Notes: generated by a model not told the origin, from the letters alone. 63,737 nucleotides of DNA, filler included, from Octopus bimaculoides (GCF_001194135.2; 5 parts of 4 records of this genome joined end to end with filler, not necessarily neighbours in it); one strand, 5' to 3'; positions 12,517-25,930 are shown, counted from the first letter of the whole stretch. Translations and numbers: made by a program.

Positions 12517-13033
12517 TATATATATATATACCACAGAACCTCCCAAAATTAGACACCGATATCTAAGCATTATCTAAAGCCTAATTATATTATTTATGAA
12601 GAACTAAACAATACCAATGCAAGGGATCCCTACGATGCCTTCAATTCGGCGGTGTCAACTGCGTAGACAATGTAAACGCTGCCTGAGAATCCACCACCTT
12701 AATATTAAAGCAATAACATTAGAGTAAATAAATAGCGTTAAAATTGTATTTATAAAACACGGAACTTATACAAAAAGAACATTCAGACAATATAACAAAC
12801 ATGAACTAATAGATACTTTGTTTCTCACCAGAAACATGATGTCACGCCACAAAAATGCCAAAAGACGATGAGTGGAAAAGTACAGCTCGTAAACAACGTC
12901 CTCGAAGAATATGCAAAAATAATGGTCAAGCTTAGATCAAAGTCTATGAAACAAGTTCAAATCTATACAATATATTAAGCAAATAAATTGCTTATTAAAA
13001 GGAAAGCAATAACGTGAAAAGGTTAATAGAATT

Positions 13034-13365
13034 GGGGTTGTATGGTTAGAGATTTGTTTCCCAACCATATGGTTTGGGGCTCAGAACCACTGCGTGTTAC
13101 TTTCGGCAAGTGCTTTTTACTATAGCCTCGGGTCGACCAAAGATTTGAGAGAGGATTTAGAAGAAAGAAACTAAAAGAAGCTCGACGTATATATATGTAT
13201 ACTTAAGTGTATGTATGTCTTTGTGTATATGTCTCATATCCCTGCTTGACAACCGGCGTTGGTGTATTTACATTTCCGTAACATAACGGTTCAGCGGTGC
13301 TACAGCAGGATCACAGTCTAATGGCCGAAACAAGCAAAGGACAAAAGACGAAAAGATAAAAGATA
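13034..13365 (+). mobile_element. SINE family B, degenerate
   Basis: TATAGCCTCGGGTCGACCAAAG core and GACAACCGGCGTTGGTG tail shared with the other copies. Confidence 0.75.
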
Positions 13366-13396
13366 AATACAGGAAATTGTTCAACAGGACTTCAGT

Positions 13397-13572
13397 GAAA
13401 CTACCATATAGCTGTTGCCCGAATATGAAAAGTATCATCACATGCGGCCAACGTTAGAAAAGTGAAACCGGTTGTAACTGACACGAGCCAGAATCCTGTC
13501 CACTCGACAAATGATGCATGATTGAATCTATTGTATACGGGGCCGAAGTTATTGCAACCCCTAACGACAATA
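13397..13572 (+). mobile_element. Penelope-like element coding fragment (linker before the GIY-YIG endonuclease)
   Basis: VKLPYSCCPNMKSIIT followed by C..CPL..C..ESIVY.AEV remnants, matching the PLE VKxSYSCMPNMxxII...CPL...IVYxA motif. Confidence 0.7.
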
Positions 13573-13627
13573 NNNNNNNNNNAATATACAAATAATAACA
13601 ACAGACGAGGACAGGTGGTGTATATAT

Positions 13628-13659
<32 letters not shown>

Positions 13660-14549
13660 GCATCTATAATAAAAACAAATAATAGCTAGTGCTAACTACA
13701 AAGAGAATAAATAATCAATTATAATTGAACGGCCAACGAGCTCGTTACTTGAGAACAAGTCAAATTACCCTTAATTATAGAATGAATAAAAAATATATAT
13801 CGTTTAAATCAACATATAGACTTACAAACTATAAACAGTGTGCACTACTAAAAAAAATATTATCCAAATAATATTACATTTAACAAGATTCACATGCTGC
13901 AGAGAACTTAAAGGAAACCATGCTCACGTTTATGTTCACAAACAACTGAAAGATCGATAACTACAAACAGGTAAAAGACAATCTTAACTACCCAGTGGAA
14001 GTGATGTACTGTATAAGTGAGGGGCAACCACCCAGCAGAAGTGACTTTGTAGAAAACAGTGAATGACAGCCAATCCCCAAAACTTCTAAACAGTGATTTA
14101 AACTCACTTGGGTAAAAAAAAAAAAACACTCCTTACAATTCCAGGCCCAACGGTAAATGGAATTCCAAACCTTCCATTTTTTACCTCTTGGTTTCGTTTT
14201 TGTGAAATTTCGCATCGATCAGTATGTAGTGATTTTGATTGTTGTTTACTTTTGATGAATAATTGTATGCGTAGAATTTGATTCATCTTAGGGTCTGTAG
14301 TGAACAGAGATAAATTTTAAATAATTGCGTTATATACCTCATTGTTTCTAGGGTTCTGGATAGAAATATTGTGTAGGATTTTTAAATCGGCTGAGTTATT
14401 TAGTTTTGTACATCAATTCTCTTCTCATGTTTTATCCCACTATCTATTCGTAAAGGTGGACAACGTCTTTCGATTAGTATGGTTTATGAAGTTCATAAAG
14501 TCGTAGGTACCGGGTATTTGCATCAGATACTATTGCTCAAATATCCTTT

Positions 14550-14585
<36 letters not shown>

Positions 14586-15179
14586 AAATCCAAAAATTAA
14601 CAACAAAGCTACAAAGGATTCCGCGGTACACGTGTTTCAAGCTTTAGCTGGCATACACAGGTGCTTACAATTGTCAAGTATTACCTCTAAATTTTAATTT
14701 ATATATATATATNNNNNNNNNNNNNNNNNNNNNNNNNNNNNNNNNNNNNNNNNNNNNNNNNNNNNNNNNNNNNNNNNNNNNNNNNNNNNNNNNNNNNNNN
14801 NNNNNNNNNNNNNNNNNNNNNNNNNNNNNNNNNNNNNNNNNNNNNNNNNNNNNNNNNNNNNNNNNNNNNNNNNNTATATATAGGAGTATATAAAATATTT
14901 TTATACACTAAGAGGAGACCATATAACACTAGAACGAACAAAAAAATGGATTAACTAATCCACAACTCGTTTATTTGGTAATTATTAGCGAAGCTCGAGT
15001 TCGGGATTAACTAATTCGTTTTTTGTTCGATCTAGTGTTATAACGGTGTGCCTCATGAATTCTCTTTTCCGTGGTTTGCGTTTGTGATATCCACGACAGT
15101 TGGATATCTGCACGTAGTTGTAAGCAGTAACCATTTGCACACCGTCCCACTGTCTTCTGCATGTTGTTCCTTGGTTTGC

Positions 15180-15537
15180 TGTAATCTCAGATCTCAAACT
15201 CCAACAAAAAATAATGCACTGCGTTAAGCCCCCAGGCGAGCAGCGCATCAATACTACCGCAACCCAACAACCAAATAGGACATATACATTCCTCAAGACA
15301 CTGGAATACGCCCGGGCCTCTCTCAGTAACATCACCCATAGCACTGCACTGTAGGCCTTTGGAAGGAGGAGGAGAATAAAACATGATTGGTTTGAGGCGA
15401 ATGTGAAAGAACCCAATACCCTCATGGAGGAGAAGCGTGCTGCTCTGCTGAAGCATAAACACCAACATACCAGGGCAATGCTGCAAGCATTCAGATCAGT
15501 AAGGAACATCATGCAGAAGACAGTGAGGTGGTGGGCA
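15180..15537 (+). mobile_element. RTE-clade LINE fragment (between endonuclease and RT)
   Basis: Plus frame: ASLSNITHSTAL*AFGRRRRIKHDWFEANVKEPNTLMEEKRAALL...FRSVRNIMQKTVRW, the RTE FG...DWF.EN...L...KR.A motif. Confidence 0.8.
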
Positions 15538-15539
15538 TA

Positions 15540-15584
<45 letters not shown>

Positions 15585-15628
15585 NNNNNNNNNNNNNNNN
15601 NNNNNNNNNNNNNNNNNNNNNNNNNNNN

Positions 15629-15640
15629 TTAATTAATTAA
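15629..15640. other. Artificial assembly spacer N44-TTAATTAATTAA-N44 (also at 38256-38267, 55614-55625, 58864-58875)
   Basis: Four identical 12-mers with stops in all six frames, each flanked by exactly 44 N on both sides (100 bp total). Confidence 0.97.
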
Positions 15641-15987
15641 NNNNNNNNNNNNNNNNNNNNNNNNNNNNNNNNNNNNNNNNNNNNCATCGCATTGTCTCTC
15701 TACTACCTCTGTCAAATGAATCACCAAAATTGGCCTTTCATTATTTATAATCTGTACCTGTTTGTTTTGGTTACGAAATAAAATACACAAAACGTGTTTC
15801 TGAATTACGTGTATTTACTTTATATACATATGAGTTGAAAACTTTCTTCTAGCATTCCACTTAATGTCTATGTTCCATGCTGGAATGGATTGGAGAGTTA
15901 TTAATGTATAAATATGGTATCGTAGCTACTAACAGTTGAGGGTTGTGTAGTCTAGACGGCGTTTTTAGATTTCATTATTCTCTTTAA

Positions 15988-16015
15988 CCCGGGCAACGCC
16001 GGGTATTTCTGCTAG
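15988..16015 (+). mobile_element. Orphan Helitron 3' terminus
   Basis: CCCGG-GCAACG-CCGGG hairpin, then TATTTCTG-CTAG|T; closely similar to the 3' end of the Helitron at 29812. Confidence 0.7.
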
Positions 16016-16047
<32 letters not shown>

Positions 16048-16099
16048 CATACATGCACACAAACACACATACGTTATTCTTATCTGGTAATGTTAATAT

Positions 16100-16950
16100 T
16101 TTCTCGATGTCGGTATGCTTAAACCTAAGTAGTGATCCAATAAATAATAACCCATTCGTGATAATATATTGATCATCTGCTATTTCTATTTTGTGGATAA
16201 TTTTTGTGCTTGTATCCAGTTCTCCAATTATATCTCTTTTTCTTTTCTTCCTCTTTTGCGTTTTCTTTTAGCATACGAAGCTAGTTTTTAAGATCCTTTG
16301 AGGTACATAGTTTACCATCTTCAGAAGGACAATGATACTGTAGCAATAGATATCATATCCACAACTTCCATATATATGATTAAATACATACTCTGCTTGG
16401 AGATATCCAAATCCATTTCAGATGGTTTCATATTGAGAGAATGACTGCACATAGCTATGTTCTTAAATATCAAGTCTTCTCATTAACATACTACGAGAAA
16501 GTTCGTCTTAAAAGAATTGTGATGTAAATTCTTTCTAAGGTATATCATATTTATCAAAACTGACGGATTGGATTAATTTATTTAATAAGTCTTGTACGCA
16601 GTGCTATCCCTAAAGATAGGTTCTCTCATAGTTGTTTCTTGGTAGGTTCTTGTATTTTTAGTATTTTATTTCTCGTGATGTAATCTGCGTTAATGGCAGT
16701 CATTGCATTGATGTCAAATGATGCTACAGCGTGTTATTATTCAGTTTAGCGTTAGGTTAATCGTAATTAAATAAACTTGTAATATCATCAAAAATCTTCT
16801 AGCTTTGTTCATCTCGTCTTATACACAGCTTAATATATCTGGACTTATAACATCTATTATGCCCGTTAAGAAAGTAAATGTAGAGTGTGATTTGTAGCAA
16901 ATTCGCTTGTTATATCGTTCTGTACTGATGAGGATTATGGCATTAATAAT
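16100..16950 (-). mobile_element. Degraded Penelope-like reverse transcriptase remnant
   Basis: Minus-strand remnants VASFDIxAM, LGIALxT and a VVDxxI segment in the order expected for a PLE RT; heavily mutated. Confidence 0.4.
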
Positions 16951-16968
16951 TACGATAGAAGTGGTGAA

Positions 16969-17187
16969 GGCGGTAAACCGACAGAATTGTTAACATGCTG
17001 GACAAAATGCATAGCAGTATTCCGTCCGACTTTATGTTCTGATTCAAATTCCACTGAGGTCGACTTTGCCTTTCATCATTTCGAGGTCGATAAAATGAGT
17101 AACGTACCAGTGGAGCACTGGGGCCAATGTAATCGACTTACCCCCAGCCACGAAATTGCTGGTCTTCTGCCAAATTTGAAACCAATA
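16969..17187 (+). mobile_element. SINE family A (tRNA-derived, B box GAGTTCAAATTCC)
   Basis: GGCGGT...TTCAAATTCCACTGAGGTCGACTTTGCCTTTCATC...AAATTTGAAACCAATA. Confidence 0.85.
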
Positions 17188-17484
17188 ATGACGATAGTGA
17201 TTATATGGTTGTTATCCAGACCGAGAACAACTCTGTTCAAACAGGCTTTGGATTAAAAGCTTTCCGGGCTGCTTATCTAGGAATATTTTCCTTTTTATGC
17301 TTGAAAAGTTTGATGCAGCTCTACTATTTGTAGTACACGAGGTGGCCATAATACAGCTCTTTCTTTTGTTCGTAATGTGGTGGTGGTGGTAGAGGGGTGT
17401 TGGTAGTTTTTACACTTTAAGAATAGTAATTGCAATGGTGTGGGTGTTAGAGTTAGTTATAGGGCAATGGCCAACGCAGTGATG

Positions 17485-17524
<40 letters not shown>

Positions 17525-17858
17525 CGATGTGTTGATTAATTTTGTGATAGTGGAGGTAGTAGTGGGCGTTAGTTTACGTGATTTTGGTGGTGTAACTCAA
17601 CACATGAGGGAGTATAGTATATCCTCGTGCCTGCCAATGTCTGTCAGTGTGTGCATTTGTATGAGAGGAAATAATATTTTATTAGCGCCATTTTAGTTTT
17701 ATTCATTTATTTATTTATTATCTTTCTCTATTTTATTGTTGATTTAGACCTAGAAGTTGTTGCATATCCACACACACACATTGATTCATATATGCATACA
17801 TACACACGCATGCGCACAAGACCATGCACGTGTGCAGCGCTACGTGTTTGTATGTATG

Positions 17859-17894
<36 letters not shown>

Positions 17895-18856
17895 NNNNNN
17901 NNNNNNNNNNNNNNNNNNNNNNNNNNNNNNNNNNNNNNNNNNNNNNNNNNNNNNNNNNNNNNNNNNNNNNNNNNNNNNNNNNNNNNNNNNNNNNNNNNNN
18001 NNNNNNNNNNNNNNNNNNNNNNNNNNNNNNNNNNNNNNNNNNNNNNNNNNNNNNNNNNNNNNNNNNNNNNNNNNNNNNNNNNNNNNNNNNNNNNNNNNNN
18101 NNNNNNNNNNNNNNNNNNNNNNNNNNNNNNNNNNNNNNNNNNNNNNNNNNNNNNNNNNNNNNNNNNNNNNNNNNNNNNNNNNNNNNNNNNNNNNNNNNNN
18201 NATATATACATTCATTCATATATATATGTATATACATATATATATGTGTGTGTATATATATGCATATATATATTTATATATATATATACATACACACACG
18301 CACTCACACACGCACACACACACACACATTGATATATAAATATATATATACATATACTCATATACATATATATATCAACTCCCTTTACATCACTCCGTTT
18401 TGGATTAATTTTGTCAGCAAATTTATTATGTGACCTTCGAAGTGTTCTACAGACAAATAAATATTTAATAGAATTGCAAATCACTAGAACACTGTCTCGA
18501 AAATCTCGAAATTTCCTGTAATCTGATTCGAACATGCACATAGTCACAATGAATCTAAGTACATAGTCACAAGGTCCTCTATGTGCCAGTCTTAAACCAT
18601 AACTCCACCTTTATATATACAATAAAAGAAACAGTACAACATTTTCAAGCACCTGAAATATCACATTTAATAAGAAATTGAATATCATCTCGACAATACT
18701 GCACAGCAACAAGTACACAACATAGTAAAATAATTGTGGTCGCTCCATTGATGAAAATTTCTTCATGTCCACCTAAACTTCAGGCACCTCAAACACGAAA
18801 TCCATTGGTGCGACTCCCAGATTGCTATCTTGTAAGGTATGGATTTCTATAGATGC

Positions 18857-19023
<167 letters not shown>

Positions 19024-19025
19024 TA

Positions 19026-20112
19026 CAGGGTGAGTAAGGTATTTGAGGACATACCTTTTGGGGTCATTGCTGCATTTTTACTAACTCTGTATAATCTTTG
19101 TTTCAGAAAATAATAATAGCCGACCCTCAGCTTACTCAAGAAATGAAGAGGTATGCTGTTATTGTGGTTATAAAGGCTGAGCATAGCGATTTTGAAATGT
19201 CTCGATTTTTAAAAGTTGCTAGATTTTTCATTTACAAAGTTTGTAAGGAGCTAGAGACTGAAGATGGGAACGTATCAAAGCATAAAAAAAGCATTCTAAA
19301 CGCTCTAAAATCAGCAGATCACTTGAATTTATCCAGCAAGTTCAACAGAACATTGATTACAATCCCTGGAAGTCCATGAGGTCAGTTGCAAAAGATCTCC
19401 ATGTGTCAGAAGGAACAGTCAGAAATGTTGTCCACGAAGACAACATGATGAGGAAAGGTCAATTCGTCAGAAAAACAAAAGAAAATCATAACATCAGATC
19501 TAAAAGGCTCTTAAACAAACTGAAAATTCCAGCAGAAGATTAGATTTGGTCTTTCTCAAACGAGAAAAACTTCGACCAAGATCAAAAAGTTAACAGAAGA
19601 AATGACAGATGCTTATGTGTAGACCCTTCTGAAGTACCAAGTGTCATCCATACAAAATTTCCTGCAACTGTCATGGTTTTAGGAGTTGTAAGAAATGAAG
19701 GAAATGTGATGCTTCTTTACTCCTTTCCACAAGGCTTTAGAGTTAACTCTGCCGTCTACATTGAGGTCCTGGAAATAATTATTAAGCCCTGGATAGATAG
19801 TGTGTGCAATGGAATGCCATATGTGTTTCAGTAAGACTCTGCACAATTACATGTGGAGCGTTGTTGAGAGATCAATGAACACGCCCATAACACCTAAGAT
19901 TCTTTGAAAGCTGCTATAGTCAGAGTAGGGTCCAAAATTAACCAGGACCACTTGATTCGAGCATGTAGATGATTCAGATCTCGTATAGAAGCAGTTGCTG
20001 AAGCTGAAGGTGGCTTTATTGAATAACATTATAGTAAAGAAGGTTTATTTTTATCAACATAGCATTTTTTTTTATAAACATAAATCTGTCCTCAAATATC
20101 TTACGCATCTTA
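19026..20112 (+). mobile_element. maT/DD37D-like Tc1-mariner element, internally deleted and dead (~1.09 kb)
   Basis: TIR CAGGGTGAGTAAGGTATTTGAGGACA after TA, with an imperfect inverted copy at 20087-20112. Transposase motifs FSNEKNFDQDQKVNRRNDR, HTKFPATVMVLGVV, YVFQ*DSA, WSVVER...AEGGFIE*. Confidence 0.88.
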
Positions 20113-20115
20113 TGT

Positions 20116-20325
20116 ATTGGTTTCAAACTTTGGGGCAAAGCTAGCAATTTCAGGAGAGGAGGTAAGTTAGTTACATCGGTACCAGTGCTCAAGTGGCGTA
20201 TCGATCCCGAAAGGATGGAAGATACAGTCGACCCCGGTGACATTTGAACTCAGAACGTAAAGCCAGAAGAAATGCCACTAATCATTTCGTCCGGCACGGT
20301 GACGATTGTATCAGCTTACTGCCTT
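20116..20325 (-). mobile_element. SINE family A
   Basis: Reverse-complement copy: ATTTGAACTCAGAACGTAAAG...TTTCGTCCGGCACG. Confidence 0.8.
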
Positions 20326-20559
20326 ACACAGTAAATATACATACTAATGTGTGTATGTGTGTGTGTGTGAGTGTGTTTGTGTGTGTGTGNNNNNNNNNNN
20401 NNNNNNNNNNNNNNNNNNNNNNNNNNNNNNNNNNNNNNNNNNNNNNNNNNNNNNNNNNNNNNNNNNNNNNNNNNNNNNNNNNNNNNNNNNNNNNNNNNNN
20501 NNNNNNNNNNNNNNNNNNNNNNNNNNNNNNNNNNNNNNNNNTGTGTGTGTTAATTATTA

Positions 20560-22475
20560 AAGTGTACAATAGCTTTTTCTGGATAATTTGAAATGTAAGA
20601 TATATCTTTTCAACAATTCTGATGCAGTTTAATTTACAATGGTTACCACACTGATGAAAGAAAAAAATCTGTTGTTGAGAAGAGTTCATTCCGCAACGTT
20701 AGAGCTACCCATACTCTAACTACCGCACATTTCCATACATATTTTACAGGTGGAAGAAGAATCCTGGTCTGAATAATTCTCATTAGATTAGACCCGGAAG
20801 CCAATTTTGACACGCGGTCATCTTGAACAAACAAATTGCGAATGCGTAACAGTGCTATGTTTCATCACCATTAGCCAACACTATTTAATAGATGGCATAA
20901 CCACCTTCCTTTTAAGTCAATACACTTATACATCTTTGTTACTCATTTACATTTTACTCACCTACCCTGAAACCTGCACTTCGGAAGTATTTGGAAAGTA
21001 TCTTTATATAAAGTACATGTTTGAACAAACAAGAACGGATTAATTCACAAAGTTGGATCGTGCCATCTTCATACACTGCAAGAATATCGAGTGGAAAAAT
21101 TCTATGTAGAGTTTGATACTCACCTAATATTGTCTGAGAGTGCAAATTAGTTCGTTCTAACAAGGTGCCTCAATTTAAGTACTTAATTCTACTGAATCTA
21201 AATTACATTTCCTTTTATATACGATACTTTATAGATAGACAAAAAGGGGTTTCAATCCTCTGTTGAGATTTCATCAGCAACTGAGCACCCTCTTTAACTG
21301 TCCACATAGACACTACTTATAAACCCACAATTACAGAAGTTGCGAGCAAGAAAGATTGATTGATTTACATATGAAGCATTCTTGGCAGTTCAGTCGATTA
21401 ATGCATTACTGGCGCGTTATTTGTATTATGTTTCAATGCTAATGTGTGCGAAGATATTGGATGTGAAAACAGTGTGTTTCTTATTTGCATAGTAACATAC
21501 ATACATATATACACACGCACATAAATACACATGCATACGGATGTGTATATATGTTTTGTCTTTTCTTAAATTTCTCACAAATAGAGAAAGCTGATTGGTG
21601 CCTAACACAGAAGCAAGCCTTCTTTCACCATTCTAGAACTACTTCTTTAAAAATATGTTTGCAAGGGGAGACACGAACATTTTCATTTTAAAATTGAAAC
21701 TTGCAATGCAAAATAATATATTCAAAATATTTTCAGCTACTGATGATTTTATTTTTCATTCGATTTGGATTATAATCGAGCATTATTTAAAACACTTCTG
21801 AAAATAGTCTCTTCCAGACATAGACAATTTTAGATTTGGTCCGAACCCCAATCGTTGTAGGAATGGGATGAGTGAAACATTATTCTTTGAAGACTCAAGA
21901 AGAATTTGCTGCGCTGTCGTGCGATTTAACACTCAAAGTTAAATTTTCGAAAACAAACTTGAGTGATGCGGTTTTTTTTTCTTTTTTTCTTTTGTGAATG
22001 TGAAATCAGAATTTCCAATACAGACTGAAATAGCAATGCCAATACTTCTACTAATTTATTCCATGTGTTTATGTGAATCTGAATTTTTTACTGCATCGTC
22101 AACATAGACATAATAATACCGCTCAATAATCAAGAACATAGAAAAATAGAAATTCTTTTAGAATATTACCGACGTATATCAAACCACAATTTAATGTATT
22201 TTGCAGACACAAACAAGTACATCAAATTCGATGAAAATATTCAAATAGTATATATATGGTTAGCTATAAGTTATGTTTTATGTGACCTTACTGCGAATTC
22301 ATCTTGTTTAATATTTTCTGAGATTCACTTAGTTATTCACATTTTTTTTATGTAATCCATACACGGGTTACATCCTGTCATTACTTTTGAATTATAAAAC
22401 ATTGATAGGAAGTCACAGCAATGTCAAGTAAAAATGGGTTGTGAAGGATTCAGAAAATTTAAAAAACAATGCTTT
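20560..22475 (+). mobile_element. Ancient hAT (Charlie/Buster-like) transposon fossil
   Basis: Ordered remnants ISSGKILCRV (LSRGKxL), LQGxDTNIF, QEEFAALSCDLTLKVKF and EFP...LCESEF (hAT C-terminal dimerisation domain); boundaries approximate. Confidence 0.6.
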
Positions 22476-22705
22476 AGAACAACCAGAACTTGACATTAAA
22501 ACAGAGTACAAATCATACAAAACATACGAAACACAAACACTACCCAACAAATTAATCTCATTCAGATTCAAACATCGATAGAGAAAACACTAAAATAACA
22601 TCAAATATAACAAAATAAAACGGAGGACAGCACAGTTCTACACTTCCAGACAAAACGCTGTGCGTATACCTGGAATCTTGAGATGCACTTTCTAGTACAG
22701 TCGGC

Positions 22706-22823
22706 ACTCTTTAAGCATGTTACGCTGCCCTTCTTTAACCATGTTATTCAGCCACTCTTTAACCATGTTACTGAGCCACTGTAACCATGTTACTGAGCAA
22801 CTCTTGAAGCATGTTACTCAGCC
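22706..22823. repeat. ~24-bp minisatellite, 5 units (ACTCTTTAACCATGTTACTCAGCC-like)
   Basis: Direct inspection of the tandem units. Confidence 0.85.
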
Positions 22824-24369
22824 AAAGAGCAAAAATTGTTTAATTTTGGAGGATATGCATGCACAAGCATGAAATGAGATAAAAGTGAATGGATTTGACA
22901 TCATTATAAGAACAAATTATTCAGATTGTGTAACATTCATTCATTAATTTCTGTAACTTGCCGCATAACAGTGATACATTTCAGGAAATGTGTCGAAAAA
23001 CTATCCAAATATAAGAATTTGAAGACTGAAATAGCGAATCACTGTTGTCATTCATGTAGTACTGCAGTGCTGATGATCAGTAACATGCACATGTTACTTA
23101 TTTTCTCAACGTTACCTACCTGCCCTTACTGTGCTGCAAAGGTGTCAAGCAGAGCCAGCGCCAGTACATATAACACTTCTTTATTTTTTTTCATGCACTG
23201 AAACACCATTCTGTGAGCTTGTTTAAGAAGAAGCAGCTTCATTTGTCTCTTCGCATGTGATCTTGAAGATCATCTACTCAGTTTTACATGACCTCTTCGA
23301 ACGGGAAAGGACATCTGGAAATGTCGAATTGATTTCCTTCTCGCTTCAGTTTCAAGGGTAAATGGAAACTCTCCATACCAATTAGCACATATGTATACTA
23401 GCTTCAACCTCGCCCATTTTTGGATAAATTCTTTATAGCAAAGGACATTTTCTCGCTAAAATTCTTGCCTTTCTTGGTACTGGCTCATATCGAGGAGCGC
23501 TAAATGATTCTCAAACTTTGTACAAGAAGAAATGGTGTTGTAGTTGCTGGTGGTGGTGGTGGTGGTGGTGGTGGTGGTACTTGTATAGTTTATGTAGTTC
23601 TTCCATTTAAATTAATATTTCAACACAATTCACTTTTATTTTCCATTGTTTATGCTTGAAGCACTGTCTATTTGTTTAACTTTCACGTTGTTTTTCTTTT
23701 TAAGTCAGTTTTCATGTCTTAAAATAATTGAAGGGGCGTGTTTGTTTACATTACTGAGGCTACCGCTACAACCACCGTACTGAGCATCTCTTACCACAAC
23801 TTGTAAGACGGTCATCTTGCAACGCGAGTAAATATTGCAAATGACTGATACCAGATAAATAAACGTACATATGCACAGATATATGTGCGTGCGCGCATGT
23901 GTCTGTATGCATATATATATNNNNNNNNNNNNNNNNNNNNNNNNNNNNNNNNNNNNNNNNNNNNNNNNNNNNNNNNNNNNNNNNNNNNNNNNNNNNNNNN
24001 NNNNNNNNNNNNNNNNNNNNNNNNNNNNNNNNNNNNNNNNNNNNNNNNNNNNNNNNNNNNNNNNNNNNNNNNNNNNNNNNNNNNNNNNNNNNNNNNNNNN
24101 NNNNNNNNTAAACGATGTTTTTCCACCCCAAGGAATTGGAACATATTCTTTATTAATCTGAAAGCAATTGTTAATATTACAAAATGATAAACGGGAAAAA
24201 ACGTTTTTCATTTTTTTTTTTTTTCAATGAATAATCGCGGTATAATCCATCTTTGCGGCAGTCCTGAGAAACACTACAATACACGGCAAATAATAACAGT
24301 AACAACTGCAACACTAACTACCCACCACTACCACCATTAACAACAACAACAACAACAATAATAATAATG

Positions 24370-24692
24370 ACCAAAGAATAGATTTTCGTTGACATTGCAG
24401 TACCGGCAGATCAGAACATTGTTAAGACAAAGAATGAGAAATCTGAAGGATATCATTTGAATTGGAGTATATTCAAAGAGCCTCGAGAATGAGTGTGATA
24501 CCCATCGTGATTAGAGCATCAGAAAACCTGGCATGAGAAGTTGGAACTACCAGACGTCATTAGAAGTACATAGCGGCCACATATTTGGAAGAGCGCATCT
24601 GTTGAGAAAAGGGTGGCGTCTCTAAGCTACGGGAAGGCGTCGACATATGACATATATATAACCCAGAAAAACATAACTGGAGTAAATCGCGA

Positions 24693-24693
<1 letters not shown>
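24370..24693 (+). mobile_element. Second R4/Dong-like RLE LINE 3' fragment (different family)
   Basis: IFVDIAVPADQNIVKTKNEKSEGY...VIPIVI fits the RLE DIAVPxDxNIxxKExEK motif; flanked by (AAT)n on the 5' side and (AGT)n on the 3' side. Confidence 0.65.
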
Positions 24694-24754
<61 letters not shown>

Positions 24755-25550
24755 CCACCACCACCACCACCACCAGTGGCAGCAGCACCAATTACAACAG
24801 CAGTAAGAGCAGCAGCACCAACAGCAGCGGCGGTAGCTTTAATAGCCAAAAAAGCGCACTAACATCCATACAAAAGGATTTTTCGTTTTTACGACCGCAG
24901 TCATTCTCACTTCCAGTGCACAGCAGGTGAACCGATCTACAAAAATTATATTGAAAACAAAGAAAAGCCTCACACACACAATACTAAATATACAACTCTT
25001 AAACGCTGAACTGAATCTAATTTGATATCAACATAAAGCTTTAAAACTCCTAATGCTTGTTTACATCCATGTTGCAAATAAAAAAAAAAACAATAGCGAA
25101 AAACTAAAAAAAATTTTTTGAAAAATATAATAAAAGGAAATATGCAAGCATGTAATTCATTTGGTTGAGTTCTTCTTTTTCTTTATTCAGAATGATGAAT
25201 CATGCAATCTCTTCATAGACCATCACTTGCGCATTTTGAAGAGCAGCAAAAATGCGAAATACTGAAAATTCATAAATCATAGACCGCGAGATGATGATGA
25301 CGCTGACAATGGTGACGATGACGATGATGATGAGGCGAGGAGGAGGAGTAGGATCGCGATAACGATGATAATGATGACAACGTAAATGATAATGAAGATG
25401 AGGAGGAGGAGGAGAAAGTGGAGGATGACAATAATGAAAATAGCAGCAACAATAACAATAATCATATAATAATAAAAGTATTATCAAAATATTAAAAAAA
25501 AAAGAAATAATAATTATAATAATATGATAATGATGATGATGATGATGATT
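24693..25550. repeat. Trinucleotide arrays (AGT)n(ACC)n(AGC)n and (GAT/GAG/AAT)n
   Basis: Direct inspection; these explain the poly-S/T/H/L ORFs. Confidence 0.9.
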
Positions 25551-25854
25551 ATATATTGTTACACAACTAAACGATAATAGAAAAACATAAAAATAATAAT
25601 CCATTATAGCAAACGATAACAAGGTCTATTTTCAAGCTATCATACAAGCACAACTCAAGGAAAAAAAAAAAAAGAAATCTATTAGCTTGAAAAGTCATAA
25701 AATTGTATAATTAGGTGATTATATTTGGTCATTACTGTTGGCAGGGGAAAAAATCAACCAAAAAATTAATCCCTCTGCGAGGAATATAATATTAGGCTTA
25801 TATACTTAGTGAATGAATCACTAAACCATATACACAGACATGCACATATATAAT

Positions 25855-25930
<76 letters not shown>

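Noticed and set aside
14985-15512. 175-aa minus-strand ORF
   Set aside because: Antisense shadow of the plus-strand RTE fragment
22706-22823. CRISPR-like appearance of short repeats (also 30688-30925 and 41952-42350)
   Set aside because: No unique spacers, no cas genes, eukaryotic context
22985-23520. EKLSKYKNLKTEIA snippet and adjacent coding-like minus-strand sequence
   Set aside because: The snippet resembles an RLE LINE motif but is about 15 codons; the rest has many stops and no assignable family
24613-24930. Poly-Ser/Thr 105-aa ORF
   Set aside because: Product of (AGT)n(ACC)n arrays fused to a LINE tail
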